A stretch of DNA of 64,000 nucleotides from Balanoglossus misakiensis. Taxonomy: Eukaryota; Animalia; Hemichordata. The translations under genes and the position numbers were made by a program. Position 1 is the first letter of the stretch, and every line of letters begins with the position of its first letter. The notes under the pieces were generated by a model. The model did no database searches. It worked only from the letters and a program-made list of their open reading frames with translations, and was not told the DNA's origin. Location: positions 4,898,001 to 4,962,000 of the forward strand of contig CM082590.2 of NCBI GenBank assembly GCA_040954595.2, given 5' to 3'. This document shows positions 62,580 to 64,000 of the stretch, piece after piece.

Positions 62580-63629
62580 GTAAGTTTTCATGATTGGTTT
62601 CACCAAAGCGTACTCTCGAAAGATTTCATCAAAACTGAACATGACAAAGTCCCAATGATCGCCAATGATGTCCACGGATGCGGGGGCCTCTTTGGACAAT
62701 AAAACCGATGTAAGGGTGAGACTAAAACAAAGGAAAGCGAAGGACACGATTATCTGTATGCTTAAGGGCGAAGGACAGTAATATCTCCATATTTTAGGGC
62801 GAAGGACATCATTATCTCTAAACAAAATGGTGAAGAACGGCATCTTTTTACTGAAGGGCGAATTTTGGACGAAAAAAATCACGTGTATTTCCTCTAAGGC
62901 AGTGTTTGTTTAGAACAGCTGTTTCGATTCGTGAAAACAGGACACTCTAGTTAAGATCTTGACAGTGATATCATAAACTCTGATCACATATGTAACCTGG
63001 ATGTGTACTAACACAAAGTCTCCGGATGACTCATTTATTAGCCAATAACAATCTAGCTTTTATAAACTTTCCCGCCAATATGTGCTATATAACATGTCGC
63101 TAATTCCTTTTCATTAGTACTTGTTTTGAGACCACTTTGAAGCACTTTCTGGGGATTGACTCTGAATGCATCCGGTCTTTCCACTTCTCTCATTTGAGTT
63201 GACACACTTTTCTGTAGCATACCAGCTTACGTAGCTATAGTAATGAAGTAGTAATAAAGTAGTTTGAATTGATTCGAAGTCTTCGTCTCCGCCATAGAAT
63301 AGACTCCGTATACAAATCCGCAGACCCTACAGACAATTCCTCCATGCACAGTTTTTTATTTTATTCGTCAATTCTATTCCGATGTTCAAGTGGGGTAATA
63401 AAGTACTACAAAACTATTTTCCTCCGTGGGAATGAGACAATGATGTCCTTCGGCCTAAAATATGGAAATATTACTGTCCTTCGCCATTTAGTATAGAGAT
63501 GATGTTATCCTTCTGCCTTTATTACTGAGATAATGCCGTCTCCTGCTTTCCTTCGATTTAAGTTATGTTCGATTTGATGTCGACATCTTTTGGTTAACTT
63601 TATCCTTTTTCATAATTATTTAAATGAAG

Positions 63630-63746
63630 GATGGAAGATATCTTATGCAAGAATTATGCGAGTTGCTAAACACGGATCCCGCTTTTTATGCTGCGAAGAA
63701 TAGGATTTTGTCCACGGATATACTCATAATTGATGAGATATCGATG
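63630..63746 (+). CDS. PIF1-family helicase, exon 2 (Walker B)
   Basis: AG|DGRYLMQELCELLNTDPAFYAAKNRILSTDILIIDEISM|GTAAAT; 117 bp, phase 0-0. Confidence 0.88.
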
Positions 63747-63899
63747 GTAAATATGAATATTGAAGCTTGCACTAGTTGTATTACGTTTTTATTATAAAGA
63801 GTCACAAGCTGCAAATTTTAGATTTTTTATACACCTGCACATGTGTCGGTTTTATGATCATTATGCATTGTTAATAATAAGCTGTACATAATTCCGCAG

Positions 63900-64000
63900 A
63901 TAAGCAAGAAAATATACGAGCAAGTTGAGGAAATCTGCAGAAAAATCAGAGGGTCCAGAGATTACTACGGTGGCATACAAATTGTTGCATATGGTGACTT
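63900..64000 (+). CDS. PIF1-family helicase, exon 3 (motif III), running off the window
   Basis: cgcAG|ISKKIYEQVEEICRKIRGSRDYYGGIQIVAYGD(F) matches the PIF1 FGGIQ...GDF signature. Confidence 0.88.
   Translation, partial: MSKKIYEQVEEICRKIRGSRDYYGGIQIVAYGD

Noticed and set aside
62373-64000. Helitron RepHel as the source of the helicase
   Set aside because: No HUH Rep motifs lie upstream; the helicase begins at its own ATG next to promoter-like sequence.

Overview
AT-rich, intron-containing animal DNA, probably a marine invertebrate (my inference from composition and transposon families; not verifiable here). Mobile elements dominate. Host-type genes: (1) a minus-strand, multi-exon ankyrin-LRR-Roc-COR (ROCO, MFHAS1-like) gene reconstructed from 27944 to 11118; (2) an isolated phase 1-1 exon for a Cys-containing extracellular-type module (1552-1962). 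Mobile DNA: an RTE-X-like LINE 3' end; two L1/Tx1-clade LINEs with clear TSDs; a gag-only LTR retrotransposon whose 3' LTR is split by a 4.2-kb foldback element (34-bp TIRs, inverted 69-bp arrays, central ~400-nt hairpin); Helentron/HINE-like elements; several MITEs; and a 25-bp P-type excision footprint. At the right end, a decayed P-element-family transposase sits head-to-head with a spliced, N-terminally minimal PIF1-family helicase. This possible helicase-carrying P-type element is the best candidate for an undescribed system. All calls come from reading the sequence by eye; no database searches were run.
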